From the sequence record PZ386959.1: DNA of 64,000 nucleotides; one strand, written 5' to 3'. Below are positions 48,707 through 58,544 of the stretch, piece after piece. Source of the DNA: a phage. The notes beneath the pieces are model-generated. The model had not been told where the DNA came from, did no database searches, and saw only the letters and a program-made list of their open reading frames with translations. Every line of letters starts with the position of its first letter. The first letter of the stretch is position 1. The translations under genes and the position numbers were made by a program.

Positions 48707-49139
48707 ACTTGTTGCCGTTGTTCTTAATGAGGTCTTCTTCTGTTACTAAGAATGTAATCCCACATAAGTGTGTGTAGTGGCTATCATACTCAAATATTTT
48801 AAGTAAGTATTTACCATCGTGATAAACAGATTCTACTACACCTTTTGCAACAATCTTTCCAGTCTTGAAGTCTTTAAGACGGTATACATTACCAACTTTG
48901 GGGACTGTTTTCACTTCAGGTTCTTTTAGCTTCTCACCAACTTCTACATCACCTAGTAAGTGAGAACTCTCAAACGCTACATATTGCATATAAGTTTCTG
49001 AGCATTCCCAGATAAAACAATGTACAAGAACCTTAGCAGCATGTCTTGAGCAATTCAACTTATCACAAATTTCTGTGTACATCTCATCTTTAGTTGAGTT
49101 GTTAAGCATTGCTTTTTGAACTACTTCTTTAATTTTCAT
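48675..49139 (-). CDS. hypothetical protein
   Basis: 154 aa ORF. Confidence 0.45.
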   Translation of the reverse strand: MKIKEVVQKAMLNNSTKDEMYTEICDKLNCSRHAAKVLVHCFIWECSETYMQYVAFESSHLLGDVEVGEKLKEPEVKTVPKVGNVYRLKDFKTGKIVAKGVVESVYHDGKYLLKIFEYDSHYTHLCGITFLVTEEDLIKNNGNKFAVPAYQVLR

Positions 49140-49557
49140 AAGCTCTCCGAATAACCCTATTAAGCATCTCTAAAGTCAGCTTTCCAGATTCTAAATGCGG
49201 CATAACAAGCTTTAAAGCTTTTTCAACATCATGCACAACAGCTATTATACCTTCTTCATAGGCTTCTACAAGGATATCTTTTACGTTTTGTTGGTTATCT
49301 TTTTGTGGTATTGCTAGACGCATATTAAACTCATTTGCTTGAGGGTGGTCACTACCACGCCAGTAACCATCTTTGTTAAAGCTGATGTAGTCACCGTGGT
49401 AAAAGTGTACACCATTAGCTTTAAACTTCTCCAGCACAAGGCATTGAATTGGGTATTCAGTATTCCACTCCCTGACTCCTATAACCTTCACTGTTGCGAT
49501 GTACTCCTGTGTTTTTGCATCTATGATGTCAAGTTCTTGACCAGCTATGATTTGCAT
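49129..49557 (-). CDS. hypothetical protein
   Basis: 142 aa ORF. Confidence 0.45.
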   Translation of the reverse strand: MQIIAGQELDIIDAKTQEYIATVKVIGVREWNTEYPIQCLVLEKFKANGVHFYHGDYISFNKDGYWRGSDHPQANEFNMRLAIPQKDNQQNVKDILVEAYEEGIIAVVHDVEKALKLVMPHLESGKLTLEMLNRVIRRAYEN

Positions 49558-49610
49558 ATTCGCTACCTTCTAAGTTTCTACAAAGGGGCTATCAAGTAAC
49601 CCCTAAGTTA

Positions 49611-49835
49611 TTACTCAGACTTTTCAGTCTTCTTATCGGATTTCTTACTAGTCTTCTTCTCAGCTTTCTGTTCAGGCTCCTTCTCAGAAGTTGCCTTGAT
49701 AACCATATCAAGAAGCTCTGATAAGTCACTCTTCAGCAAAGTAACAGGCTGCTCGTTGTAGAAGTTTTTGTCAAGATAAACTTTGAACTCTTCTATAGAA
49801 GGAAATCCAAAAATTGGTACAGGTGTCTTAATCAT
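49611..49835 (-). CDS. hypothetical protein with Lys-rich tail
   Basis: 74 aa ORF. Confidence 0.4.
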   Translation of the reverse strand: MIKTPVPIFGFPSIEEFKVYLDKNFYNEQPVTLLKSDLSELLDMVIKATSEKEPEQKAEKKTSKKSDKKTEKSE

Positions 49836-49911
49836 TACTTAGTCTCTCCATAGGCATCTTTCAAGATTGCCTTGTTAATCATTTCAGCGATTGCAAAACG
49901 AACACATACAG

Positions 49912-50445
49912 CTATAATTGTAGGTTGCATTCTTTACTTACCTCTTCAAGTTTAACCTCAGAGTCCTTAAGTCGTTTCTTATGAACTCTGAATCTTATTA
50001 GTGAGATGATGATACCAGCTAAAGGAACAGCATACAAGTACCAGATATCATGTAGCTTTGCAGTAATCTGTGTAATTGTCAAATCTTGAGCTATGTAGCT
50101 GATTGCTGATACTGCTAGTAATGTTGCTAAGAAAAACACTAGTATCATTGCAATATTCATACAACCTCTGGCATGGTACTCATGCTTAATACACTTATTC
50201 TTTTCGTCAACAACCCTGTTGTAGTCGTTTGTAAAGTCTCTGTAGAAAGCTTTCAAGTATTCTTGACTGTAGCCTTCAAAGCAACCTGTACCGTACCAAT
50301 AATCACCACCAAAATGTGCTATGATACCAGTATCCCCATTTGGTTTGGTTACTCTTAGTGAAGTATGATGACCAGTCTTCTGATAATCTATCTTGTATCT
50401 TTCTTCGTAAATCATTTCCCAACCCCTCTCAATCGTTTGTTCCAC
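49912..50445 (-). CDS. membrane protein
   Basis: 177 aa; central TM segment MNIAMILVFFLATLLAVSAISYIA. Confidence 0.45.
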   Translation of the reverse strand: MEQTIERGWEMIYEERYKIDYQKTGHHTSLRVTKPNGDTGIIAHFGGDYWYGTGCFEGYSQEYLKAFYRDFTNDYNRVVDEKNKCIKHEYHARGCMNIAMILVFFLATLLAVSAISYIAQDLTITQITAKLHDIWYLYAVPLAGIIISLIRFRVHKKRLKDSEVKLEEVSKECNLQL

Positions 50446-50630
50446 TCAAGGTCAACAAGTCTTTGCAGGACTTTCCCTCTAGGTGTTACACCTTTTAAAT
50501 CTGCATCGTAGCAACGGTAAAAGTCACCTTCAGCGTGTTTACCGTAGCATTTTCTGATATTCTGGCTCCTACGATACTGCTCTAACAGGGACAGTTTGTA
50601 GTAGTCTTCAACTGTAGTTAGTTTTTTCAT
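50412..50630 (-). CDS. hypothetical protein
   Basis: 72 aa ORF. Confidence 0.35.
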   Translation of the reverse strand: MKKLTTVEDYYKLSLLEQYRRSQNIRKCYGKHAEGDFYRCYDADLKGVTPRGKVLQRLVDLEWNKRLRGVGK

Positions 50631-51172
50631 TCTTTCACCATAGCGTTTCTGAACTGGCGTTGTGTTTCTCTTGTAATTTCGTTTGGGGTAAACCCTGCTT
50701 TTAGCATATCTCTGAAAAGAACTTCTAAATGGTTCCTCTCAATGATGTAAATGGCATTCTGAATAGCTGTTTTGCGCTCCTTCAGGTCACTACTAATCTC
50801 TTCGCACTTACTGGTAAGCTCTGTGTCAACTTTCTTATAGACTGGCATAACATGTGCGTAGCAACCTTTATTAGTCTCCATGAAAAATTTAAAAGATTCT
50901 TCAGAGTCCTTTAGGGCAATCCCTATAAAGTTTTTGTAAGCACCTGTGAAAGATAAGGAATCAATCTCAGCAGTTGAGTATACAGTCCCTGCACACAGTC
51001 TTGCAGAAGTACTGAATGTGTGGTTTGGTGTTGTGTCAAAGTCTAAGTTCTTCAGTGGTCGGAAATAAACTGTACCATTGTGTGAGATGTGTGTTACAAC
51101 AGCCTCAACACTCTTTGAAGGATTCTGTTTAACATACAAAATAATTTTATCGTGCTCTTTCACTTTAGCCAT
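50627..51172 (-). CDS. hypothetical protein
   Basis: 181 aa ORF. Confidence 0.5.
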   Translation of the reverse strand: MAKVKEHDKIILYVKQNPSKSVEAVVTHISHNGTVYFRPLKNLDFDTTPNHTFSTSARLCAGTVYSTAEIDSLSFTGAYKNFIGIALKDSEESFKFFMETNKGCYAHVMPVYKKVDTELTSKCEEISSDLKERKTAIQNAIYIIERNHLEVLFRDMLKAGFTPNEITRETQRQFRNAMVKE

Positions 51173-51244
51173 AACTATTCTCCAGAAACTAAAAAGGGAA
51201 CTACCTCTCGATAGCTCCCATCATAGTCAATATTGTATACTCGG

Positions 51245-51826
51245 TCAAGAGTATTTTTTAGGCAGCAATGCACTGCGCTTGTTACTCTCTTCACTCAATA
51301 GTGCAATGAAATCATCACTTTTACCTTTCCACGGGCTGAATGAAGGGATATGCTCACGAATGGCTTCAATCACCGTTTTCAGTGCTGTATTTTTCATCCA
51401 CCAATCAGAATCTGCTGATGCTACCACGTAGTATCCACCGTCATCAGTTAAAATTGGCTCTGAAATACATGGTGAAATCAAAGTGGTGATGATTGAACCG
51501 TTGTTCATGTAGTATGTGCGCTTCATAACCTTTTCAAGAAGCTTGTGAAGGTCACCAAACAGTGTTACAAGCTCTTTGTGGTCAATGTCTTTTTCGAGGT
51601 TTGCTCGATACTTCAATAGTGCGGCATCAACCTCTCTGTCATTGAACTTGAAATATTGAACTTCTTCAACAAGGCAAACACTGATGTTGTTAACATTCAT
51701 AGTCAACTTACAAACTTTTACAGGAGAGTTGATATTTGGTTGAAAAAGTGCAATACACCCTTCAATATTTCCAAAATGCTGTACCAGTGTTACTTGTGGC
51801 GTGATATTCTGTTGCTCTTCGGACAT
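51245..51826 (-). CDS. hypothetical protein
   Basis: 193 aa ORF. Confidence 0.5.
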   Translation of the reverse strand: MSEEQQNITPQVTLVQHFGNIEGCIALFQPNINSPVKVCKLTMNVNNISVCLVEEVQYFKFNDREVDAALLKYRANLEKDIDHKELVTLFGDLHKLLEKVMKRTYYMNNGSIITTLISPCISEPILTDDGGYYVVASADSDWWMKNTALKTVIEAIREHIPSFSPWKGKSDDFIALLSEESNKRSALLPKKYS

Positions 51827-52170
51827 TACAGTTTCCTCATTAAATACTTTTTAAGTTGTGTGTTAGGTTTCTCAAAAACTTCTATAGAAGATATCTTGAC
51901 AGACTCACCACGCATACCAGTATGTTTGAATATGTAGTACTCTAACATCCCTATATACTTTGCTGGTAAGTCATATTTTACATACACCGTCACAGAATCT
52001 TCAAACTCAACAACCTTTGTACCATCTTTGTAGTTAAACTCTTTAGGATGGTTGTAGTTGTCTATGTCATACATTAAAAAGAGTCTTTTCCGTTGCATAT
52101 CAAGCTTGTTTGTTAAAGACTCTTTGATATCTGAGAAGTTTTTGTAAACTGTGACATGGAGCTTACTCAT
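51826..52170 (-). CDS. hypothetical protein
   Basis: 114 aa ORF. Confidence 0.45.
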   Translation of the reverse strand: MSKLHVTVYKNFSDIKESLTNKLDMQRKRLFLMYDIDNYNHPKEFNYKDGTKVVEFEDSVTVYVKYDLPAKYIGMLEYYIFKHTGMRGESVKISSIEVFEKPNTQLKKYLMRKL

Positions 52171-52456
52171 CGTTAAACTCTCTGACGAAGAAATAGTTGA
52201 CTTTGTTATTACCTACCATAAGGTCAAAGCAGGTATTTTCAAAAGGCTTGTTGCAGGCATCGTATGAAACATATGGGTCAGCTACTTGCTTAGTGCTTAA
52301 CTTCTTACTTGATGGATTTAAGAGGCCACCATACAGCTTCTTGATAGCCTCTTCTACAACAGACCAGATAATTTCGTCAGTAATTTCTTCGTACAGGTCA
52401 AGTTCACGCTCTAGTGAGAAGTCACAAATAGGGAAAACAACCTGTACTTTACTCAT
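52163..52456 (-). CDS. hypothetical protein
   Basis: 97 aa ORF. Confidence 0.45.
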   Translation of the reverse strand: MSKVQVVFPICDFSLERELDLYEEITDEIIWSVVEEAIKKLYGGLLNPSSKKLSTKQVADPYVSYDACNKPFENTCFDLMVGNNKVNYFFVREFNDE

Positions 52457-52845
52457 TAACGAACAACCTGTGAGACTTGAATTGCTTCAGTTACAGACAA
52501 ATCACCAACTTTCTCTTCTTTGATAAAAGTGAAGGTGAGTTCAACAGGCTCTTGCTCTTCTTGCTCAACTGGAATGCCATTAAGCTCATCGCGGATTGAT
52601 TGAGTTGTCCAGTCTTCTCCACCATCTGGATAATGGATGGCGTAAAGAGGAAACTCCATGTCATACCAGCCAAATACAGGGCAACCATCTGCATCATCTC
52701 GCATTCTGCGAAGGGTGCTACCTGAGCCTGTAAAGCGAAGACTAATATTCCCATTACACTCAAAAATCACTGCGTCAGCAAGTCCAGCATCTTCTCGACC
52801 ATCATGGCCAAAGGTGTCAACTTTTACTTGAATCTCTTTATTCAT
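52456..52845 (-). CDS. hypothetical protein
   Basis: 129 aa ORF. Confidence 0.45.
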   Translation of the reverse strand: MNKEIQVKVDTFGHDGREDAGLADAVIFECNGNISLRFTGSGSTLRRMRDDADGCPVFGWYDMEFPLYAIHYPDGGEDWTTQSIRDELNGIPVEQEEQEPVELTFTFIKEEKVGDLSVTEAIQVSQVVR

Positions 52846-53236
52846 AAAAACCTCTCTCTGCTTGTTCTATTTTTGCTCTTAAAGCTTCGCAATGTTGTAA
52901 ATGATAGTTAGCTTCTTGTTCATGTGTTGCTAACTGCCTTTCCAGAACAGTTTTATAATAACTTGCGAGTTGCTCTTTTGTCAATGGGTGCTCTGAAATA
53001 ATATCAAGTCCACTTTCACCAAGAGGGTTGAATTGCCCATGTTCATTGACATTGTAAGTCTCAAACTTGAAGAGGCCATTGTTCACAGACTCGATAGGTG
53101 ACAGTTCAACAAGCTCTACAGTAAACCGTGTATATACCTTGTCACCTCTTGAAACCACATTGTTTCCGACAATACGTACAAGCGAGCCATTACGAGTGTA
53201 CTTAAAAGTTCCAAAGTCACTAGCCCAAAGTTTCAT
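52838..53236 (-). CDS. hypothetical protein
   Basis: 132 aa ORF. Confidence 0.45.
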   Translation of the reverse strand: MKLWASDFGTFKYTRNGSLVRIVGNNVVSRGDKVYTRFTVELVELSPIESVNNGLFKFETYNVNEHGQFNPLGESGLDIISEHPLTKEQLASYYKTVLERQLATHEQEANYHLQHCEALRAKIEQAERGFYE

Positions 53237-53250
53237 AGTTTTCTCCTTAG

Positions 53251-53277
53251 AAAATAAAAAAGGCTCCCGAAGGAGCC
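53251..53277 (-). terminator. intrinsic terminator (minus strand)
   Basis: Palindrome GGCTCC-CGAA-GGAGCC with T-run on minus strand, 3' of endolysin gene. Confidence 0.6.
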
Positions 53278-53287
53278 TATGAAGATA

Positions 53288-53752
53288 TTACTTTGGATAT
53301 ACACTGTCAAGATAAATGTTAGCTTCCATTCTACGTCTATTTTTCAGGCCGTTTGAAGTGACCTTCTCACCTTTGACTGTAATCTTGTTCCACCACTGCA
53401 TAGCTTCTGCACAACCTACCTTATTACCAGCATTGTGGCGCTTAATAAATGTAGAATCCTGCATAGCTGTGATACCAATGTTGTATGTTTCACTTACAAG
53501 TGCATCGAACTCATTCTGAGAGGTTGGAACCTTGATAGCTTTGTTCACTGCTGCAACAAACTTTTCAACATCTGCGAGAAGATACTGTTCAGCTTGTCCA
53601 GCCGTGATTTTCATACCCATCTTAACAGGTTTTCCGTCAATACGGATTGTACCATACCCGATTGTTGGGATTCCGGCAGAGTCTTTGTAAGCCTCTAACT
53701 TCAGACCTTCAAAGAACTTAATGGCTTCTAAGCCTTTTCTTGAGAGTTGCAT
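53288..53752 (-). CDS. endolysin (lysozyme, GH24-like)
   Basis: 154 aa; LEAIKFFEGLKLEAYKDSAGIPTIGYGT is the canonical phage lysozyme N-terminal catalytic motif (E..AY.D..G..TIGYG). Confidence 0.85.
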   Translation of the reverse strand: MQLSRKGLEAIKFFEGLKLEAYKDSAGIPTIGYGTIRIDGKPVKMGMKITAGQAEQYLLADVEKFVAAVNKAIKVPTSQNEFDALVSETYNIGITAMQDSTFIKRHNAGNKVGCAEAMQWWNKITVKGEKVTSNGLKNRRRMEANIYLDSVYPK

Positions 53753-54885
53753 TATGCCTCCCCTGTTGGGTTAACTGTAACTGTTGCCGCATTAGATGTT
53801 ACAGAGCCACCTGCACCAGTCACTACGCAAGTGTAGCTTCCTGCATCAGCAGCAGTTGCACCTTCTTTGGTGTAAGTTGCAGTCATTGCGTCTGGGATGT
53901 TTTCCTCACCCTTCTTCCACTGGTAACCTGTCGCACCTGTTGCCACAACGTTGAGTGTCAATGTCTCACCTTCAGTGATTTCTTGATTAGTTGGCTGTTG
54001 AGTGATTACAGGAAGTGCTTTAACGGTTACTGTTGCAGGGCTAGAAGTAACGGAACCACCTGCACCTGTTACAACGCAAGTATATGAACCTGCATCTGCT
54101 GGTAGTGCGCCAGACTTGCTATAAGTAGCGTTTGTAGCTGAAGGAATATTAGAGCCATCTTTCTTCCACTGATAGCCCGTTGCACCTGTGGCAGTCACTT
54201 CCAAGCTAATGTTGCCACCTTCATTGATGGTCTGGCTAGAAGGTTGTTTGGTAATCACTGGTAAAGCGTTCACAGTAACTGTTGCTTCATCTGAGGTAAC
54301 GCTTGTTCCAGCCTCTCCAGATACAACACAAGTGTATGAGCCAGCGTCAGAAGGTACTACAGATTGTTTTGTGTAAGTTGCAGAAGTGGCACTGGGGATA
54401 TCCTCACCATCCTTCTTCCACTGATATCCAGTGGCGTTAGTTGCTAGAACACTTAGAGTAAGTGTGCCACCCTCATTGACTGTTTGTCCTGTTGGTTGCT
54501 GAGTAATTGCTGGTGGCTTAATAGCATCCTTCAGCTTAGCATTCAACATTGAGAATGGCTTCACTCTTGCCAGCCATTCACAGTAAATTGTGTCAACATC
54601 TTTACCGTTGATAATTGCATACTGTAAATCCATGAAGAAATCAGCAGTTCTCATCTGCGCGCCGACGCTGTAAAGGAGTTCATCACTAAATGGAACTTTG
54701 TAGTCTGGTTTGTAATCAAACTTCTCAACTTCTGCAATATCAGCTTCAGGCCAATATGAACTATAGGTAAGTGGTAAAATAGCTTCTTGATATGTTCTAA
54801 AATCATATCTCTTACCAGCCTTTACATTTGCAATGAAGCCCTTTACAAATTCTTTGAAGTCTGGGTAAGTCTTTGCTTTAATCAT
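53752..54885 (-). CDS. protein with three tandem Ig-like domains
   Basis: 377 aa; N-domain about 130 aa followed by 3 repeats of about 84 aa each containing GYQWKKDG and GSYTCVV (Ig Y-x-C signature). Confidence 0.6.
   Translation of the reverse strand: MIKAKTYPDFKEFVKGFIANVKAGKRYDFRTYQEAILPLTYSSYWPEADIAEVEKFDYKPDYKVPFSDELLYSVGAQMRTADFFMDLQYAIINGKDVDTIYCEWLARVKPFSMLNAKLKDAIKPPAITQQPTGQTVNEGGTLTLSVLATNATGYQWKKDGEDIPSATSATYTKQSVVPSDAGSYTCVVSGEAGTSVTSDEATVTVNALPVITKQPSSQTINEGGNISLEVTATGATGYQWKKDGSNIPSATNATYSKSGALPADAGSYTCVVTGAGGSVTSSPATVTVKALPVITQQPTNQEITEGETLTLNVVATGATGYQWKKGEENIPDAMTATYTKEGATAADAGSYTCVVTGAGGSVTSNAATVTVNPTGEA
53755..54510 (-). repeat. 3 tandem copies of a ~252-bp coding repeat (Ig-like domain units)
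   Basis: DNA-level periodicity visible (CTTCCACTG.TA.CC.GT.GCACCTGT recurs at about 252-bp spacing). Confidence 0.6.
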
Positions 54886-55253
54886 TTCTTTTTAGCCTCT
54901 AAACGTGCGTTTAATCTAAAATAGCCTTTATGTTGTGGAGACACATCACTAACAACAATACCTTCAACTTTATAGCCCTTACCAATTACATACTGGATAT
55001 CCATAAGAAACGTACCAAGCCCAACAATGTGGAACATCGGGTATAGTAACTTATCTGAATCTGGGAGTTTAATTTCTGGGTTATAGGCGGGTTGTTCGGC
55101 AGTTGGTGTAATATCCTCTTCAGGCCATTTACTCATTCTCCATGTTAAAGGTGATGCAATAACATCGTTGAGATTATATCTTTCACCATTCTCCACGGAG
55201 TGGATATAGGATTGTAGGAAGCAGTAAAAGTCTTTTGCACTCTTAGCCTTCAT
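54882..55253 (-). CDS. paralogue of the N-terminal domain of the Ig-like protein
   Basis: 123 aa; aligns with residues 1-125 of 53752..54885 (KDFYCFLQSYI.. vs PDFKEFVKGFI.., FLMDIQYVI vs FFMDLQYAI). Confidence 0.5.
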   Translation of the reverse strand: MKAKSAKDFYCFLQSYIHSVENGERYNLNDVIASPLTWRMSKWPEEDITPTAEQPAYNPEIKLPDSDKLLYPMFHIVGLGTFLMDIQYVIGKGYKVEGIVVSDVSPQHKGYFRLNARLEAKKK

Positions 55254-55300
55254 TAAATATCCTTATAAATAGAGAAAGGGGCATCAGCCCCTGTTTATAC

Positions 55301-55891
55301 TTAAGCTTTGGTCTTAAGTAGGTTCTTAAGTTTTTTGAGATTCATGCTCTCGTCAAACTTAAAACCAAATCCATTGACATAATCAATGAACTCGGATTTC
55401 TTACTCAGTGATAGTGCGTAACTCATATCGAAGTTATTACTTGTTTCTGCATCTGGACTAGAGTTCACATCAAATGAAATTTCTGTAGGCTCTTGCTTGC
55501 TACTTCTCATATTATCAATCAATAGACAGGTATAGTTTGCTGGATAGAAGTTAACACTACCATCAACATATCCATACTTGTTATTGTGAATAAGGCTGGA
55601 AAATACCTTAAGAAATGTTTCTGATTCGTGGCATACAAGTTTGAATTGACTGCATTCTCCAAGAGCCACTAAAGAGTAAGGACTTTCACTATCAATGTCG
55701 TAGTTTGGGTTTGATGTTGTAACCGTCACACGCATCAGGTTATTTGCAATAGTCTTCTGCTTGAAAGAATTTGGAACATAGTGAAGACCTCTATCACACT
55801 GATTAACTAGCTCTTTCAATAGGTCATTTGCATATGGTGAATTAATTGATACAGAGCCATCACTATTATAATTAAAACTTACTGTTAACAT
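55301..55891 (-). CDS. hypothetical protein
   Basis: 196 aa ORF. Confidence 0.5.
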   Translation of the reverse strand: MLTVSFNYNSDGSVSINSPYANDLLKELVNQCDRGLHYVPNSFKQKTIANNLMRVTVTTSNPNYDIDSESPYSLVALGECSQFKLVCHESETFLKVFSSLIHNNKYGYVDGSVNFYPANYTCLLIDNMRSSKQEPTEISFDVNSSPDAETSNNFDMSYALSLSKKSEFIDYVNGFGFKFDESMNLKKLKNLLKTKA

Positions 55892-56118
55892 TTTTCAGTT
55901 CTCCTGCGATTTATGATTTTGCTGCAATAGAGAAACGAAGTAAACTCACTGGAAGAAACCATTAAGTGTTGTTCACTAGATTGAGCCATTGCCCTGAAAT
56001 ACATTCCAGTCAAAGCATCGTAGTGACTATTCTTTCCAATTGAGGTTATATAGCCATGACTCTTTGCAGTTTTATATAAATCTATAATATCTGCGATTTC
56101 TAATTGGGAACTACACAT
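55885..56118 (-). CDS. hypothetical protein
   Basis: 77 aa ORF. Confidence 0.4.
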   Translation of the reverse strand: MCSSQLEIADIIDLYKTAKSHGYITSIGKNSHYDALTGMYFRAMAQSSEQHLMVSSSEFTSFLYCSKIINRRRTEKC

Positions 56119-56282
56119 AGATAATCCTCTTGTCTTCTGTAATTTTGAAAGAACAGGTACAGACCAATTTCAGAGGATGAATAGTAGAGTAACTCTACCC
56201 TTTTTGATTCCTTACAGTGATTGGTATTTTTACCTTTCTTCGGGTTATTTGATTTTCTCATTAAGTCTCCTTTGTAGAACAA
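56100..56282 (-). CDS. hypothetical basic protein
   Basis: 60 aa ORF. Confidence 0.3.
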   Translation of the reverse strand: MFYKGDLMRKSNNPKKGKNTNHCKESKRVELLYYSSSEIGLYLFFQNYRRQEDYLCVVPN

Positions 56283-56350
56283 GGCAGACCTACAGCTTTA
56301 AGTAAGATGGTACAGTAATCCATACAACAAGTCAAGAACTATTGCAAGTT

Positions 56351-56383
56351 AAAAAAGTTGTTGACAAAGTACTTGACAAGGTG
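56351..56383. promoter_or_regulatory. second copy of conserved element AAAAAAGTTGTTGACAAAGTACTTGACAAGGTG
   Basis: Near-identical to 10616-10645; followed by TATAAAT; sits at a divergent junction. Confidence 0.45.
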
Positions 56384-56510
56384 TAGGCTTATAAATACTT
56401 AGAAGATAACTTAAAAGGTTCCTCTAAAAAGGCTATTTAAACAGATATCTTTCTGGATATCTATCTTTTATCTTAAAAGCCTTTTAAGAGGTCTTATAAG
56501 AGGCATACCA

Positions 56511-56882
56511 ATGAAAAACAGAACAAACAAAGGCCAGTTTAAAAAAGGCCAGTCTGGTAACCCATCTGGAAGACCGAAAGGTTCACGTAACAAAAGCTCA
56601 CTCGTAAAAGCTCAACTGACCATTGATAATTCTGCTGAGTTCGCTGCAAAGCTGTTTGAGGCGATTGTTACAAGGGATGCGGCTAAGCTTGCAGAGTTCG
56701 GGTTAAACACAGATGACGTAACCATCAAGAGTATGATTGAGGTCGGTAAAACTATCTTTACTCACTCAGCAGGTGAGATGAAAGCACTTGCAGCAGACAC
56801 TAAGAAGACTCCTGATAATGGTGGTCAACAACAGACAGATAACAAACCAACGTTCTCTGCTGTAGCGACTCTCAAAAAATAA
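56511..56882 (+). CDS. hypothetical protein with GNPSGRPKG motif
   Basis: 123 aa; N-terminal basic Gly-rich segment KGQSGNPSGRPKGSRNK. Confidence 0.45.
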   Translation: MKNRTNKGQFKKGQSGNPSGRPKGSRNKSSLVKAQLTIDNSAEFAAKLFEAIVTRDAAKLAEFGLNTDDVTIKSMIEVGKTIFTHSAGEMKALAADTKKTPDNGGQQQTDNKPTFSAVATLKK

Positions 56883-56963
56883 TTTTAAAAGGTGTTGACA
56901 GACTCTACAAAGTTGCTCTAAAGTCTGTCACATCAAACAATAAATGAGAGAAGAGAGTAAAAT

Positions 56964-58379
56964 ATGAGCGAGTTATTTAAACATGCGCACCTTCATGCAG
57001 GTCGAACTGAAAATGGTGCTGTAAACCATACTTCATCAATGTCTGCTCTGGTAGACTTCTACAAAGCCGCTGGCTCAAGCCGTAGCAATGTAGAAATCTT
57101 ACCAGACCTGTTCTACAAAGCTTTGCGTGAGGATGTTGATGTTGCAGTTCGTATTTTACTGCATATGCGAGATGTACGAGAAGGTATGGGTGAGCGTAAA
57201 GCTTTCAGAACTGTTTTACTTCAAGCAATCGAAGACAAAGTTTTAGAACCTACACAGGTACTTCGTATTATGGATAAGGTTGCAGAACTTGGTCGTTTTG
57301 ATGACTTCAAAATCTTCGTAGGCACTCGTTTTGAGACAGATGCCTTCAAACATTTAGAAGCAGCGTTACTAGACCCTGCAACAGCAGGTTTAGCAGCCAA
57401 GTGGCTACCACGAGTAAAACCACGCCACAAACAGTTTGTAAAACGTTTCTGTAAGTTTGCAAACTTAAGCGAGAAAGAGTACCGAACACTGTTATCTGCA
57501 CTGTCTGATACGGTTGAGCAAAAAATCTCTGCTAATGAGTTTGGTAAGATTGACTACAGCAAGATTCCTTCACTCGCTGCTGCACGTTACCAAAAACTCT
57601 TTAACCGTAAAGATGGAGAACGCTACAAAGCTTACATCGAGTCATTATCAAAAGGTGAGGCTAAGATTAACGCTGGTGCTATTTACCCATACGATGTGAT
57701 TAAATCTATTAAGTATGGTAATGCAGATGTTGCTAATGAACAGTGGAAAGCACTTCCAAACTGGATGGCAGAAGGTGAGAACATCTTGTGTATGACTGAT
57801 GTCTCAAGCTCAATGTCTTGGGTGAATTTCGGTTCAATCACGGCTCTTGATATTGGTGTATCTCTTGCCCTGTATGTAGCAGAACGCAACACAGGCTGCT
57901 TTAAGAATGAGTTAATGGTTTATTCAACAAACCCTCACTTCATCGAACTGAGTGGTGATTTACGAAACCGTCATCGTCAGGTAATGCGTTATACTGAATA
58001 TGGTTCAACTAACTTGCAAGCAGCTTTTGACCGCATTCTTGAGACAGGTAAGAGAAACAACTTGACTCAGAAAGATATGCCAAGTAAGCTTATCATCTTC
58101 TCTGATATGGAGTTCAATCAGGTTGACGGTGCAAATGGTTGTACAAACTTTGAAGCAATTCGTAGTAAGTACAAAAAAGCTGGATACGAAATGCCACAAC
58201 TGGTATTCTGGTACTTAGCAAACCGTAATGGTACTTGCGAAGTGTCTGTTAAGGATAACGGTGTAGCAATGGTATCAGGGTTCTCTCCAGCCACTTTAAA
58301 AGCTCTGCTTGGTGGTGAGAAGTTTGACCCAACCAGCGTAATGCTCAAAGCAGTAATGATTGACCGTTACATCTGGTAA
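56964..58379 (+). CDS. vWA-domain protein (possibly TROVE/DUF2828-like)
   Basis: 471 aa; MIDAS-like DVSSSMSW (DxSxS) in C-terminal half; N-terminal half with TENGA motif; family assignment from memory only. Confidence 0.35.
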   Translation: MSELFKHAHLHAGRTENGAVNHTSSMSALVDFYKAAGSSRSNVEILPDLFYKALREDVDVAVRILLHMRDVREGMGERKAFRTVLLQAIEDKVLEPTQVLRIMDKVAELGRFDDFKIFVGTRFETDAFKHLEAALLDPATAGLAAKWLPRVKPRHKQFVKRFCKFANLSEKEYRTLLSALSDTVEQKISANEFGKIDYSKIPSLAAARYQKLFNRKDGERYKAYIESLSKGEAKINAGAIYPYDVIKSIKYGNADVANEQWKALPNWMAEGENILCMTDVSSSMSWVNFGSITALDIGVSLALYVAERNTGCFKNELMVYSTNPHFIELSGDLRNRHRQVMRYTEYGSTNLQAAFDRILETGKRNNLTQKDMPSKLIIFSDMEFNQVDGANGCTNFEAIRSKYKKAGYEMPQLVFWYLANRNGTCEVSVKDNGVAMVSGFSPATLKALLGGEKFDPTSVMLKAVMIDRYIW

Positions 58380-58544
58380 AAAGTTTTAAAAAGGGTATTG
58401 ACAATATGTTTAATACCCTTTAATATGTTCTACATAGAAACGAAATGAGAGCTTTTCTAAGATACTGAAAAATATTTTAAAAAAGTTCTTGACAACCACT
58501 AAAAAATAATGTTAAAGTGGTTACATAGAGTTTGAAAAGTTTAT

